This document shows positions 63,937-64,000 of a stretch of 64,000 nt of DNA, piece by piece; within the stretch, counting starts at the first letter, position 1, and every line of letters starts with the position of its first letter. The notes beneath the pieces are model-generated. The model saw only the letters and a list, made by a program, of their open reading frames with translations. It did not search any database and was not told the DNA's origin. The position numbers and the translations under genes are program-made. The DNA lies in assembly GCA_004022145.1 (NCBI GenBank), contig RCNU01000004.1; one strand, 5' to 3'. This DNA is from Paecilomyces variotii (Eukaryota).

Positions 63937-64000
63937 GATGATAGCCGGTAGGTGTATTGTAGGAAGAGAGAAAGATGACGATAGCTAGTGATCAGGTAGT

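Overview
Intron-rich genomic DNA from a filamentous ascomycete (Eurotiales-like gene content). It has three zones. (1) About 1-20 kb is gene-sparse and accessory-looking: an F-box gene, an MFS transporter, an SDR, a carotenoid/stilbene-cleavage oxygenase, a GH43 arabinanase and two pseudogenes. It also holds two adjacent non-autonomous DNA transposons: a 437-bp Tc1/mariner (Vader/Tan1-like) MITE with 97-bp TIRs and TA TSD, and a 593-bp Mutator-like element with a perfect 9-bp TSD carrying 15 internal TTAGGG hexamers. A perfect 43-bp palindrome lies nearby. (2) About 21-47 kb is a housekeeping block (Zn2Cys6 TF, Apd1-like, SLD2, RING, HAD-SAK, MAM33, TMA16, EXO1, FIG1, PRI1) interrupted by an FAD monooxygenase plus intradiol dioxygenase pair. 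SLD2 exon 1 has a 1-nt frameshift that is probably an assembly error. (3) About 49-64 kb holds a repeat-rich GPI wall protein, an intronless PD-(D/E)XK nuclease-like ORF preceded by a 107-bp tandem repeat, two SDRs, a PIN/NYN-like CCCH protein, an LsdA-like protein and an NADP alcohol dehydrogenase. Exon boundaries were read by eye and no database search was possible.
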